Shown: in pieces, positions 1-13,702 of the stretch
Position numbering within the stretch: the first letter of the stretch is position 1
How the letters are laid out: every line of letters starts with the position of its first letter
Source of the DNA: Octopus vulgaris
Taxonomy: Eukaryota
DNA length: 64,000 nucleotides
Assembly: GCA_951406725.2 (NCBI GenBank)
Contig: OX597817.1
Coordinates: 72,664,001 to 72,728,000 of the forward strand
Direction of reading: 5' to 3'
Notes under the pieces: model-generated
Database searches by the model: none
Told to the model about the DNA's origin: nothing
What the model saw: only the letters and a program-made list of their open reading frames with translations
Position numbers and translations under genes: made by a program

Positions 1-1010
1 AAATAACCATATAATATATACACAAGAACTGAATTTTTGAGAGCTAGACAACTAAAATATTCAAGTTCTGCTACTAGCATTACGTTTGTTAGGGACATAA
101 TGTTTATTGACCTCTAAATCCATATGTAAAGAACATAGGCCAACAATCTGAACTATACTGGCCAGCTGGTATAAACATGATACACTTTTAAAAGATGGTT
201 GGTAAGCCTCCAACAAACTGAGACTACAATTTAGTTTTACATCCCAGTGAGAGTTGTACTATTCTGCTAAAACTCTAAGGAACATCACAAACATCGCAAT
301 TCTCATGCCCTGAAGTTAATAGTATCTTAAATGATTTCTCTGACTATAAAAGATCAGTAAACTGATTATTTATTACATCAGTTATATTATCTGCAGGTCA
401 TCCCTGACTAAATAGATCTATCATCAAAAGCATTCCAGTCATTGTGGACCTGTACTTCCTTCAGGTATTGCATAGAATTTCATATTGTTTGACAGAGAGG
501 GACAACATATGTAGCAAATGGGCAGGAATAGTTTGCAGGAAAAATACAAAATATATCCCTGACATTTCAAGATGCTAGTGTATACTTAGAGGAACATTAG
601 GCTGCTATTTTTACAAGGTTGCACAATCACATAGTTCTTTCACTGGCTAACTGCTGAAATGAATGAGTGGGAAGAGGTCTATTTCAGTGGTTTTTCAAAC
701 CTGACCAGTATCAACTACAACCAATGAAATACAACTAGCCCTTGTTATAGTAAAAAATATTGATTTACTGACTGAAGTGTTTTTCTACTTAACTCAACCC
801 ACAAAATATAGGTTCCTACAATAAGCAATAGGTATACCATGTTTTACTATCTTCAGATGATGAGTTGAAATCTTCCCATTAGCCTGGTAAGCAACAGCTA
901 TGTATCAGAGACATGCTCTTTGTGTATAAGAACAGGCATTGTCCAGTCAGACTAGAACAATAAGTAGCATAAATTGTATATAAGTTAGTCTCACTCACAC
1001 ACACACACAC

Positions 1011-1051
<41 letters not shown>

Positions 1052-2500
1052 AAAAGGATTTGAGACTAAGTATATAAATGGAACTTGTAAATATTACATT
1101 AAATTAATATCACAAAAAATTAAAACACAAATATTTGTAGGTCAGACCAAGAGGTGATCATACAGCTATTATGCAAAAGGAACTGTTGCCTTATTACATA
1201 TAACAAAGACAAACAACAAATGCAAGCACAACTACTCCTGACAAGACCTAAGGAAGCAACAAATGTTATCAAGTGAGAGGACAGTAATAAGACAAGAAGA
1301 CTATGACTTTTGCATAGGCAAGAACAATGGATAAGAGATAGATGTAAATGATTATGATGGTGTTACATATTCATGCTACATAGATTTGTTTGGTCTTCAA
1401 GTTCAAATATATTACTTAATTAGATAAAACTTTTTTAGACTATAATCTACATTTTTAAAAGCAAATGTTTTATGATATTTACATCAACACTGTAGTCCAA
1501 AAATTCTATGACAATGAACAGTGTTTTACAATTCTTTATGACATTAGCTAGTCAACCATAAAACAGAATTAGCAGCTAATTTCCTATTTGTTAATTAGGT
1601 TAAGAAACTATTAATACCATGTTAAATATGTAGATAATCTTCATTATCAAAGTGACCTAATTAATAACAAGTGGTGATTGTAGTTAATTGTAGTTAAGAT
1701 CATAAAGTCAGAGTAAGAAAGCAGTAGAAGTTCAAGAAACTACTATCTCACTTTGCAGTAACAGTATACCCTCACTTTTTCCACACAAAATGTAAAAAGT
1801 ATGATGCTGTATTGGACATGGAAAGTCTGCAGAGGCTGAAGTGCCACTGATCATCAGCAAATATCAACAAGATAGGCAGTTGCATTAGTAAAATGTAAAG
1901 AATAATCCAATGACGAATGAAAGAAATGCCTTGTGCACCAGCAGCAGAAGATGCATGAGGTTAGGGTAAGTTGAAGATGCACTTGGATCTAATGAACAAG
2001 ATAACACAGAACTAAGACAAGTGGTTATATAGCATTTGGCAGATCCACTCAACCCAAGTAACATTGTAAAGCGGACATTGAAATTATAAAACCAGCAATC
2101 CAATACTAACAACTCAATCAGCAGACTTTCACAACAAACAAGGCTACATCACAAGGACTTATAGTTATCTCTTCTTGCATCTATTTCACAGGCATTAACT
2201 TCAACATTACATCAAACCCTTAAATAGAGAAGAGAAAAGAATGAATCAACAAAGAAATCTCTGCGTGATCATTCAATATGCTAGAAATAGGAACCAAAGT
2301 TTTCTAACCTTAATGACTTGAAAATGAGGAGATATTGGATAACAAATTTCTACATAATCTTAAAAAACAAGGAGATCTTGGTTGGCAGCGAATATATGTG
2401 ATCACACATTTGCATGATCAGGGCTGACCTAGGGTTAAACATTAAATGAATAAAAAAAGAGAAAAAAAAAGATGGGCATATTTTATGAACTTCAACCTAC

Positions 2501-2633
2501 CTGGGCTTTTGTGTGTTGCAGGCTCACGGTCAATTGTTCCAATATATTTTTCAGTAGAAATTGTAAGAGAGAGTGTTCGTTTGGGAAGCATTTTAATGCG
2601 AATAGCTATTTGCTTATTTGGTGATGAAGGATC
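2501..2633 (-). CDS. CSDE1: CSDE1 coding exon 10 (DPSSPNKQIAIRIKMLPKRTLS...EPATHKSP); gene continues beyond window start
   Basis: Matches Unr AIRIKKLPKGTVSF; cttcag| and CAG|gtaggt; 133 nt, phase 0/1. Confidence 0.9.
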
Positions 2634-2859
2634 CTGAAGTGGAGAAAAAAGACACGGTTTTAGCAAAGTATTTAACAAAAAAACCCTAGTTGATAATTTA
2701 ATAAACAGACAAGTGAGTCCCAGGTCACATTCCTTACTTTATGATCCCAAATTTTCTCAATTCCATTCATATTTTGATTTCTTGTCATGTAATTTTTACA
2801 CTTTTATAATTTTACAGTGACGAATATTGAAACCAATTTATGAAGTTAGATTATTTTAT

Positions 2860-3518
2860 TAATGGAAGAGGTAGACCCAGGAAAACTTGAGACGAGGTGG
2901 TGAAGCACAACCTTCGAACTTTAGGTCTCACTGAGGAAATGACCAGTGACTGAGACCTTTGAAAATATGCTGTGCGTGATAAGACCAGGCAGGACAAGTG
3001 AGTCCAGCCCACTTATGCATGCCTTTCCTCCCTTGGACACACAAAGACCTGTTGAGGCAAGCGAAGTCGATATCAAACCTCATCCGACGACAGGCACCCA
3101 TGCCAACCCCACTTTGCTTGCGAAGACCTGTTGGGGCAAGTGAAATCGGAATCAAATTGAACCAATCCTATGACTGGCACCCGGCAGATGCCAGGACCCC
3201 TGGACTGGAGATACGTAAAAAGCACTATACGAATCAAGGCCGATGCCAGCGCCGCCTCGACTGGCTTCCATGTCGGTGGCACGTAAAAAGCACCATCTGA
3301 ATCGTGGCTGATGCCAGCCTCGCCTGGCACCAGTGCAGGTGGCATGTAAAAAGCACCCACTACACTCACGGAGTGGTTGGCATTAGGAAGGGCATCCAGC
3401 TGTAGAAACATTGCCAGATAAGACCGGAGCCTGGTGCAGCCTTCTGGCTTTCCAGATCCCCGGTCGAACCGTCCAACCCATGCTAGCATGGAGAACGGAC
3501 ATTAAACGATGATGATGA
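2860..3518 (+). mobile_element. RTE-type LINE 3' end with (GAT)n tail
   Basis: GRGRPRKT.DEVVK.NLRTLGLTEEMT relic, 3'UTR homologous to the 39770-40695 copy, tail gatgatgatg. Confidence 0.85.
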
Positions 3519-4427
3519 ATTGCAATCAAATAAAATAAGAGATCATATTTCAGTGACTCAGAACTTCTACTTTATTTAGTACCATATACAGGAACAGGCA
3601 TGGCTGTGTGGTAAAAAGCTTGGTTCCTGACCACATGGTTCGGAGTTCAGTCCCACAGTGTGGCACCTTGGGCAAGTATCTCCTACAACCTCAGACCAAC
3701 CAAAGGTTTTTAAGTGGATTTGGTAGACAGAAACTGAAAGAAGCTCATTGTGTGTGTGTATATACACATACATATAAATGTATATATATAGTTATGTATG
3801 TGTGTGTCTTTGTATCTGTGTTTGTCCCCCCACCTACCACCACTTGATAACTAGTGTTGGTGTCTTTAAATCCCTGTAATTTAGTGGTTCGGTAAAAGTG
3901 ACTGATGGAATAAGTACCAGGCTTATAAAAACAAAAAGTACTGGGGTTGATACATTCGATTAAAAATTCTTCAAGGTGGCACCCCACATGGCCACTGTCT
4001 AATGATTGAAACAAGTGAAAGTTAAGATATATACTGTTGGAAAGGCCAAAAGCACTTTATAAGAGTAATAATTTTTTCCCTTTCCTCAATCATATTATGT
4101 ACATATATGAGTTATGTTGTTCTCGTATTTTATTTATTTTTCATGTTTATATTATTTTTAATCAATGGTCAATCATATCTAACAGATTCCATTAAATCTG
4201 AAAAGTTTTAATTTCTTGTTCAATTAGATTTCGTGTTTATTTAATGACTAAATAAATCACTATCTCTGCATCATTTATAGACATTTATAAATCATTGCAG
4301 TGTTCCAAAATTCCACTTTTGTTTGATGATAGGTTAAATAAACACTGAGTAACAGCTTGTGAGGTTTTTCCTCAGCTTCAATAAAACACATTTTGTGTGT
4401 GTGAGTGAGAGAGAGAGTTATACTAAC

Positions 4428-4571
4428 TTGTACTACTGTGAATTCAACTTCATCCTGCAGCTTCAACTCCTTAGTTTGATCAAGCATTTCACTAAAATGG
4501 AAGAAAACTCTGAGGTCGCGATCAGCACATTGTATGAAACCATATCCTTCCTTCAGAGTAGCAACAATGCC
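4428..4571 (-). CDS. CSDE1: CSDE1 coding exon 9 (GIVATLKEGYGFIQCADRDLRVFFHFSEMLD...DEVEFTVVQ), third canonical CSD
   Basis: GFI/FFHFSE CSD motifs; caacag| and |gttagt; 144 nt, phase 0/0. Confidence 0.97.
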
Positions 4572-5039
4572 CTGTTGAATAAACCACATAAAGCATTTTA
4601 GTTAGTTATTGACAATTTCACATAATTTTCAGAGCCTAGTTAACATCTATATAACTAGAAAATACACCTATAAATGTAGACAACAGCATACATTTGGAAT
4701 AAGAAGGGAATCTGATTATTTCTAATCACACATTCAGTTGCACAACTGATTTAGCAAAATAACCCTTAGCCTACCCTAGTTTAGAAGTATCACACTTGAA
4801 GACAATTGTAAAGACTACTAGAAACAGATGGGTATAATAAATGTGATTCCTAGCAGGTCAAACAACAAAACAGAGCACTTTTGTTGGGTCCATAATATTC
4901 TGAAGGTAAGATTATGTATTTTCCTAATATATTCACTCATTTGTTTCCATAATAAATTCATTCATTTTCACACACACAGAGTAAAACGAAAACATGATTC
5001 TAATTAAGTAATAAAGACATGTTCTTTTATGCTCTAGAA

Positions 5040-5299
5040 CAGTCGTTCACAACCATTTTTTGCTTAATGACCCTTTTGATTCTTATATTACTCTACTGGG
5101 ACCTCATAGCCATTCAATGTTTAAAAAAGAAAATCCAATTATATTTTTTCAATTAAATATTATTAAGAATTGTATTTAAAAAATTGCTAAAATATTTTGT
5201 GTATTATTGAAATACAGTCAATTTATTGCACATAAATTGAAACTACAAAATCTCACATGGACTCCCAAGGATTATGTAGACCCCAATTGAGAGCCATTG
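5040..5299. mobile_element. hAT (Charlie-like) MITE with perfect 8-bp TSD CTCTAGAA
   Basis: TIRs cagtcgttcacaa / ttgagagccattg; CTCTAGAA at 5032-5039 and 5300-5307. Confidence 0.85.
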
Positions 5300-5608
5300 C
5301 TCTAGAATGAAAACTATAATTCAAAGACACAAAAGATAGTCCTGAAATCAAAAACCTTGTAGACTCTTACTGTTTTTGATAACAGGACTATCTGTGAGGA
5401 GTTTCAGGAATTCCCTTCATCGGAGAGAGAGGAGGAGAAAGAAAGATGCTTCAGGAATTCCTTTTGTCATAGAGAGAGTCAGAGATAGAGGAAAGAGACA
5501 GTGGGTGTGGTAAATAAATAAGGGTAGGACTGAAAGAGAGATACTGGGGAATGGGATGCTTCATTGTACAACAATACAAATGGGGAAGTGTAAAGATATG
5601 ACACTAAC

Positions 5609-5780
5609 CACCTCTCTGGTTTCTTTGCTTTTCTCAAAGGTACAGTCAAGAAGTTCAATTTGTGTAGCTCGTTGTAATCCATCTCTGCGGTCTGTAGCAA
5701 TATTAAATGCAACAAGATCGTCAACCTGTAATGTGAAGTCTCCCTTTTGGTCCTTGTCTCCAAATGGAATTTCAACTTGC
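5609..5780 (-). CDS. CSDE1: CSDE1 coding exon 8 (QVEIPFGDKDQKGDFTLQVDDLVAFNIATDRRDGLQRATQIELL...ETREV)
   Basis: Matches Unr ELPFGDKD...FNISTDRRDKLERATNIE; catag| and |gttagt; 172 nt, phase 2/0. Confidence 0.96.
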
Positions 5781-6159
5781 CTATGTTAAAAATAATAAAT
5801 AAAAAGAAAACGCTGAAACAATTCTTTGGGTTGATTATTTGATGCCAAGATGTAACAAACCAATAATAGCAACACAGATTAAAGCTCCACTTATCAAAAA
5901 GTATATCTTGCAAAACTGATGACAAAGTATAACTATTTGTCACTGTATCTATTAAAAAAAAAATGGGAGAAAGAGAGAAGCAAGAAAGAGGAAGAGAGTG
6001 AGACAGAGAGAGAGAATGTGTATACTAATATACAATTATGTACATATATATACACTTGTATATAGACATTACTGTCAGCATTTTCACATCTGTTTTTGGA
6101 GGGCCATAAGAGTTAGATAAAAGCTGTTTAGAAACAAGCTGTTTATAGTCAAATATATG

Positions 6160-6580
6160 GCTCTGAAACATTGAGAGTAACCTGCAGCAACTACAAGAAG
6201 ATCGAGACCTTCATCAACAAATGTCTCTGGCAGATCCTCCATCTAAAGTGGTCCGACAGAGTGCCAAACACCGACCTGTGGGAAAGGGCCAACGAGGAGC
6301 CCATATATGTTCAGATTAGATGATGGAAATGGAGATGGATCGGACACACTGCAGAAAGAATCCTCAAATATCACACGACAAGCACTTGACTGGAACCCAC
6401 AGAGGAAAAGGAAGCGAGGATGCCCAAAGCAGACTTGGAAGTGGAGCATTTTGGATGAGATCAGGACCACCAGCCTGATATGGGAAGCAGCCAAGAAACA
6501 CGCTAATGACTGCAAAAAGCAGAAAACAACTGTTGAGGCCCTATGCTCCACAAGGGGCAAAAAGGATTAAGAAGAAGAAA
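6160..6580 (+). mobile_element. RTE-type LINE 3' fragment (second family)
   Basis: ITRQALDWNPQRKRKRGCPKQTW...VEALCSTRG, ending in a (GAA)n tail. Confidence 0.8.
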
Positions 6581-7236
6581 TAGTCAAATGTTCTTCCTGC
6601 TGCCAACACTTATTTGTTTTACACCTCTCTCTCTCTCACTATATATATATATATAAATTTAAAGTGTATGCCGTTAGAACCATATTAGAGTACAAAATAA
6701 AGTACGCTCACCCTTAGAATTAAAACCATTGCTTGATTTAAATCCTGTGTATATATGGGTCTATGAAGTATCAAAACATGTGTAGTGTTTATCAAATAGC
6801 TGTCTAAACGTACTCCTTCCTGTTGACTCTATTTATTCAATTTTTATATATATATACATACACACACACACAAATATGGCATGCTTTAGTTCTCTAATGA
6901 GAAAAACTTTTACCAAAATCAAAAGTCCAACAGGAGAAATGACAGATGGTTATGTGCAAATCCTACTGATATCCCCAGGTTGATGTACACTTGGGATAAA
7001 TGTGTGTCTTTATGTCTTGATATCATAGGATTGTTATAAACAAGCATCACTATCATAATCTTCCCTGTAAACATGTCTGGTCATGGGGAAATATTATTTT
7101 GCTTGGAAACAAGTGAGGGTTAGCAATAGGAAGGTATCAATCTGTAGAAAGTCCATGCAAGCATAGAAAAATACATGTTAAAACAATAATGATCATTCAC
7201 ATACAGACAGACACACATATATACATAAAAACATAC

Positions 7237-7406
7237 CGGTTATCTACTTCATAAACAATTCTTCCACAAAGGGGATCTCCTTGACGACCTTTATTGGAAT
7301 TTTTTAAGGTTTTCAGAATTCTCCCGTTTATGCTTTCAATAGCAACATCTTCGAATATCACAGTTCCTTCAGGTAATCGTGAAATATTTACAGCAACTTC
7401 CCTACC
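7237..7406 (-). CDS. CSDE1: CSDE1 coding exon 7 (GREVAVNISRLPEGTVIFEDVAIE...GDPLCGRIVYEVDNR)
   Basis: Matches Unr GKEVATDVRLLPQGTVIFEDISIE; tttccag| and |gtatgt; 170 nt, phase 0/2. Confidence 0.96.
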
Positions 7407-9299
7407 CTGGAAATGATAAGATCATTCATAAGTAGTAGTAAGAAAAAACATGATTCGTATATTTTAGATGTTTTATTGGGCTGGTTTTATAATTTGGTCG
7501 GAGGAGGAAAGGTCTCCAACCCAGGTCAAGTTCATTTGAGGGACTTATGCAGTTTGTGTCTATTCAGTTACAAGAAACTCAATTACCCAGGACCATGATT
7601 GTGAAACAAAATTTTAAGTAATACAGCCATGTCTGAGCCAGCAAAGATCTGGAATGCAGTTTCTTTTTTTGCCTCAAAATTCTAGATGTTACTTCATTAA
7701 GATTTAGTGGCATAGTTTGCCACTTAAGCGACTTTCTCCACTGCTAACTGCTTGTAACAAAGATTATTGTATTTTCTCTAAGCTTTTTACCCAATGTCTG
7801 TTTAACTAACAATATAAAACAGATTCCACCCAAAAATAATCTGCACCATGTACAAATCACAATATTTTCAATTACTTAGCGATATCAGATCAGTGACAGC
7901 ATGCCAGGTATATTAACTCTTTTACAAGATTCCATTTCATAGCAGCTGAAAATAAAGTTCAGCTATCAGAAAAACCATGCCATCTATTGAAAATCAGATC
8001 TATGTTAATCAAGTTCAGGTAGAAGTTCATCATAATGAAAGAGTAGTATTACTTCAATCCCCAAAACAAATAAGTTTTACATATAAAAAAGTAAATAAAT
8101 GCACCCTTTTAAAGCCTAGCCAGGCTAATGGGCCCAGTTTCCCAGTTTCAATGGTGTATGTGTTCCCTAGCTGGACGGGAAGCCTGTCCATCACAGCATT
8201 ACTCATTTTTGCCAGCTGAGTGAAATGGAGCAATGTGAAATGAAGTGTTTTGCTCAAGAACACAACACGTCAGCTGGTCCAGGAATCGAAAACACAATCT
8301 TGCGATCATGATGCTGACACCCTAACCACTAAGCCACGTGCCTCCACAAGTTTTACATATAGATAACCAAAACATACAAACACAAGCCTACAGTCATATT
8401 TATATTATAGTCATATAACAGAATTAATCCCTAAAACCTATGAGTTATTGCCCTTTACAAACTCAGCAAGCAAGCTCAACTAGTACTTCTTTTATTGAGT
8501 TCAAAAGGATTGAATTTGAACTCAGAATACAAAGCTGGTATTTCTTCCCCTATGTATTTTGATCAGTGGGGTAATGTTTCTGCTACTTGAGGCCTTTTAA
8601 AGTAATGAAGATTTCACAGCATACGAACAAAAGGTGCAGCCTAGAAATTTTCATCATTTTACTGAACAGTTTTAAAGCCACAAATATATTTAAATATTCA
8701 GTAATGTACTTGCTCAATGTGGAACTGAAGTTCCCATACAAGCTATACATAACTGTTGTTTGAGACGTCTGCCAGAGAAATCACCTAGGGTTAATCCCAA
8801 AAAGGAAGGCTTTCTCATAGATAAAATTTCTATTGGAAGTGAAACCTTCCCCAAACACACATTCATGCAGAAATTACAAACAATGCTGTAGGAATGAAGG
8901 AAGTCACACACCAAGATAACATATATTCTCAGAAAATTAGCACTGAGTGCTAATGCAGTACTTTTCATCAAACAAACTGGAAAGTATTATAGCTATAAGA
9001 TGAGGTTTATGTCTTGCTGCTTGACTGACATAAACTTATAATTAACTAAGAGAGTTCACATCGTTAACAATACTAATGTTGTTTTAATGTTATATTTTCT
9101 ATTAAATAAATCTTTATGAGATAATCACACTTTGAAATTATTATTCTCATGCTGAAGTGATAGTTTCATTCTGAAATCATTAGTGGCATGGTATCATTTC
9201 AATGTAAAACTTGCTTAGTTTGAATGACAAATACTATAGTAAAATGAAACATACTCATTTGAAAAACAAAGATCACTGAAATAAAATTTATACACTTAC

Positions 9300-9356
9300 A
9301 TCATTTTCTGGTTGGTTACTGTTTTTGTGGCTATTTAATGAATAATCCCATTGTCT
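9300..9356 (-). CDS. CSDE1: Candidate alternative (cassette) CSDE1 exon, 19 aa RQWDYSLNSHKNSNQPEND
   Basis: ttttccttttgtag| acceptor, GAT|gtaagt donor, 57 nt, open in phase 0 inside a phase-0 intron; no homology recognised. Confidence 0.5.
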
Positions 9357-10509
9357 CTACAAAAGGAAAATTTTAACATTATTAAGTGACATATTTATTA
9401 TATCAGGACAACATGTAACACACATTCAGCAACATATACTATCAGCAGGGTCTTAGAATGCATGCAACACTTAATCCTTATTCAGCACAACAGTGTTGCT
9501 GCCGTCCAAAGTGAAGAAGTATGCTCTTTAAAGTTAAGTGAACTGACAGAAATAATAAGATTTAAAAGACTTTTGACAGGGACATAGCTACAGTAACAGA
9601 ATATCAACCATCAATCCCACATTTGGTAGCCTAGGAACTAAACAATCCCATTAGCCAACAAGAGAGATTTTACAATCACTTAATCTACTAGAAATAACAA
9701 TCAAATTCCTCGTAAATCACAGACTACCATTCTAGAGAGAGAAAAAAAAACAGAATAGTACACTATAACAAAAAAATAATGAATATGGTACGACCACTGT
9801 TCATCATAGGTCATCTCAGTCAAGGCTGAGCAGGTGTTTATAATAAGCAACTATCAGCAAACTAATAAAAAAAATAATGTCAAATTTGACTAATGTGAAA
9901 CTGGTATCAAAATGTTAGACAACAACATAAGGTTACTTATCAAACTCTTGACCTGAAATTACAGGCAGTATCATCAACTAATGTCCATTTTCCATGTTAG
10001 CATGGACTAGACAGTTTGAAAGAATCCAACAAGCCAGAGGTCTGTGTTGAGCTCCAATGCCAGTTTTGGCACAGTTTCTACAGTTGAATGCCCTTCCTAA
10101 TGTCAACTGTTTTACAGGTAACTTTTTATACAATTAACAATACAGAGGTTCCCAAATAACTTGCATGACAAAAAAAAGGAAAAAGCCCCTGAAATGAATT
10201 GGGGGAGGGGAGGTGGTTTTATACCAGATGTTGAGAGGCTAAAGTATTATAAAAGGACAAGCACAAGTATATGGCTACCCACATTATATAAGGATGTGTG
10301 AGAGTAAATGGAAAGATAGAATTTATTATTTTGCCCAAATTTCCAACTTCCCAGCTCAAAAGTTCTGCTTCTAAAACAATATAACAATATATGGTAACAT
10401 TCTGAATGAAGTTAAAACCATATATTTAATATCCAATTAACTCATTAAAAACAACTTATAATTTGTTTAGTTAGCTATTGAAGGTTTAAAAAAAAAAAGT
10501 CCAACTTAC

Positions 10510-10723
10510 ACTTCTTGACTGAATTTGAAATTCTACGTCATCTCCAAGAAGCAGCTCACTGATATCGCCTTTATATTCACTGTAGTGGAAAAATATTTCT
10601 TTCACAACATCAGAACGCTCTATGAAGCCAAAGTTCTCTTTCATCGAACAAACGACACCTTGATATTTCTCTTGATTTTGCACCATGACACTTTCAAGTC
10701 TTCGAGCTCTAATGTTACCATTT
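10510..10723 (-). CDS. CSDE1: CSDE1 coding exon 6 (NGNIRARR...QGVVCSMKENFGFIERSDVVKEIFFHYSEYKGD...GDDVEFQIQSRS), second canonical CSD
   Basis: Closely matches Unr GVVCAMKEAFGFIERGDVVKEIFFHYSEFKGD; tttcag| and |gtaagt; 214 nt, phase 2/0. Confidence 0.97.
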
Positions 10724-11664
10724 CTGAAATGATTTTCATAGAAAAATTTGCAGAATATAATTAACATTCAGATAAACCATTACAAGAATAGTAAAGACTG
10801 ATAAGTCTATTAACATCATATTTTATGTTTCTTACTTCTATTTTTAAAAATGATACCTGCTATTTAATTGACAGACACTAATTTTCATAAAGGATTGAGT
10901 GCCTCTCTCTCTCTCTCTCTCATTCACACACACAGAGATTGTGGAAAAGCAGAGGGATACTATTTTGATTTTACCTAAGATAACACACACATTACTATTT
11001 CTGATCTCAGTGGCAGTAAAAAGTGACATAGAAAATTATAGAGATACTAAAAAATGACTTCATGCTGTATAAACATTTACAATTCCTTGGCACAGTGCCA
11101 GGGCCTACATAAAATCTAGGCAGCGATCAGGCAAAAGTAGATTTTTAACATACTTTGCATATTTATGTAAAATTATGGCAAAAGCAGTCATAAATTTGCA
11201 AGACATCTGAAATATCATTTTAACAGAAAATAGTATGACACAAGTGACAAGGGAGCAAAAGCCTTTATTACATGCATCATAATTGTGATGGGAGTAAACT
11301 AGTGCATCAGGTCATCAACCTAATTTCAAGAGAACATTTCCTAATTTTAAGAATTTATTTCTAGCTTGTCAACATATCTGTAAATCTCCCAAAGGACAAT
11401 CTCAAGTATAAGGTCATATACAGTATTTCATGGCGAAATAGAAAATTGGTTTTTAGGCAGCTGAAGCCCACACTTAGCAAAGATTGGTTACTGGATTTAT
11501 TACAATGTAAATAGTATATTCCACCAAAACCAACAAAGAAACATATCAAAGTCCACAGTCTTGCTAAACCACACAATGGCTATATGGACAATGATTTCAA
11601 AAGACTTAAAATCAAAAAGGTAGCAGACTGTCCATAACTTCAATATAGGCAATGTTCAACTCAC

Positions 11665-11822
11665 CTTTTATCAGAAGCAATATAAAATCTGACTTGATCT
11701 CCAGCTTTCAATTTCGAAGAACCATCAATTACATCTTCTAAGCCATAAGGAAGGAAAAAACATTCTCCATTGTGTAGATACGTGACTCTACCAAGCCCAT
11801 CCTGATTTCCTGATACTGTGCC
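11665..11822 (-). CDS. CSDE1: CSDE1 coding exon 5 (GTVSGNQDGLGRVTYLHNGECFFLPY...GDQVRFYIASDKR), non-canonical CSD
   Basis: Resembles Unr G.V.Y.RNGE.F.L.Y; ttatag| and AG|gtgagt; 158 nt, phase 0/2. Confidence 0.93.
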
Positions 11823-12119
11823 CTATAACAAAAGTGAAGCATTTAAATATGGCTTTCCAGAAACAACTATAAAAAACATTTAAATTTAATATGCAATATG
11901 GTGCTTGGTTGCTGTATAGATTATAGATTTCAATGTATGCTTCAAACCATAGACTTTACAGGCTATTTTTGCAAAAAGTATAGATGTCACAAGCAGATTC
12001 TCAAAGCAGTCTTTGAAGGTCTATCCTGTACCTAATTATAAAACAATAAATCAGTGGGATCTTGTATAAGTAAACTACCTTTCAGTATTTGTCAAAGAGT
12101 ACAACAGGAGCTTGTTTCC

Positions 12120-13508
12120 TACACAAGACCTCTGTCCTTGTTTGAAAAGGAAATCCAAGCCTTCATGTAGGTTGGGGCAGGTTCCACAGTTTGGGCGTCC
12201 ACATTTTTCAACTGTTGGTTTCATGGTTGTTTTGTAAAGCTTCGCATTTGTTAGTAGTCTCTTTAGCGATTTGTCTTGCTTTTTGCATTTGATGAGTTTG
12301 TGTATTTTCAGGATGTCATTCATTTTTGGATCTCTAGTTAGTAAAGGAAGATTTTGCACAACAGTGTTGAAAGCCTCACTGTTTCTGGGGTTGAGTGTTG
12401 ATATAAATAGTAATGTTTTGAGATGAGGTGTGGTGTTATATTCTGTTGTTCTTAGTGTTTTTATGTCTAATTGTTTGGCACGTTTAATTCCCTTGTCGAC
12501 AAGTGAGGGTGGATATTATCTTTCAGTAAGCGTTGTTTTGAGGTATTGAAGACGAAGGTCCCAAGTTGTTCTATCAGACACTATTGTGCAAATCCTTTTT
12601 GCCAAATTGAAAGGGATATTTATTTTGATGTGTTTTGGGTGGCATGCGTTAAAGAGAAGATATTGTTTTGAATCGGTTTATAATAGATGTCAGTTATGAT
12701 TTGATTGTTAACTTTTTTTATCATGATGTCTAAAAATGGGAGTTGTTCTTTGTTATATTCCATTGTGAATTAAATGTTACTATTTATATCATTCAGTGTT
12801 GATTTGAAATCCAAAAGTTTGTTGATGTTCTCCTTCCTAATGATAAAACAGTCATCCAGGTATCTTTTACAATTTTCTCTTATGTAGAGGTAAAATTGGT
12901 AACCATATTTCTGAAGTGATACTTCATATAAGGTGAATTCAAAATAACCCATTATTAGGTTTGCTGCTTTCGTTCCCATCACAATTCAGCATTTCTGACG
13001 ATAGTATGTGTCATCAAATAGGAAATAATTGTTCTGAAGTATAAATTTTAAAGATTCAATAATAAAGATCTGATTTATGCATTCCGGGAGGACTTCGGGG
13101 TACTTTTCCAACGAGAATTTAATTGCTTTATTCCATAGTCATGGGGGATGTTGGTGTGAGGATTGATAACATCGAGGGTAACCAATATTGCCTCTTCATT
13201 AATTGTTTTGGTAGGTGTTCTAGCATGTCTAAATCATCTCAAATGAAACTTTTGATGTAATTCAGCAAGGGTTTCAGTAGGATGTCTAGAAAATTGCTTA
13301 GGCGGTGGGTTTCACAGGCTGGCCCAGCTACAATGGGTCTTAAAGTTAAGTCTTCTGGCGTTTGGATATTTATATATTTGCCTGATGATTATTTGCAAGC
13401 TTCATTGATTATCTTGCTCTTGTGTATTTTAGGAAGGCCGTAAAAAAGACTGCCAGACCTTTTCCATGTAGAAGAATTAAGAATGCAAGATTTTTCATTG
13501 TTTTTTGT

Positions 13509-13546
<38 letters not shown>

Positions 13547-13702
13547 CCGGAGTAAACACATAAATGTGAAACAAGGTGGAAAAAAGAGTACTCAAATACC
13601 AGTGGTAGAGTAATATGCTTTATTTAAAGCAGCTGTCCGATGAACAGCAACGGGAAACTCAGAGTAACAGGTTTTGTTGAATTTTCTGCTGCTTTAAATA
13701 AA

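Noticed and set aside
1-2500. Next CSDE1 exon
   Set aside because: No phase-1 exon with Unr-like sequence found; ORF 1885-2112 looks repeat-derived, so the gene most likely continues outside the window.
7959-8040. C/D-box snoRNA-like layout on the minus strand (ATGATGA at 8033-8027, CTGA at 7969-7966)
   Set aside because: Weak terminal stem and no convincing rRNA/snRNA guide recognised; such box pairs arise by chance in AT-rich DNA. snoscan or small-RNA-seq would settle it.
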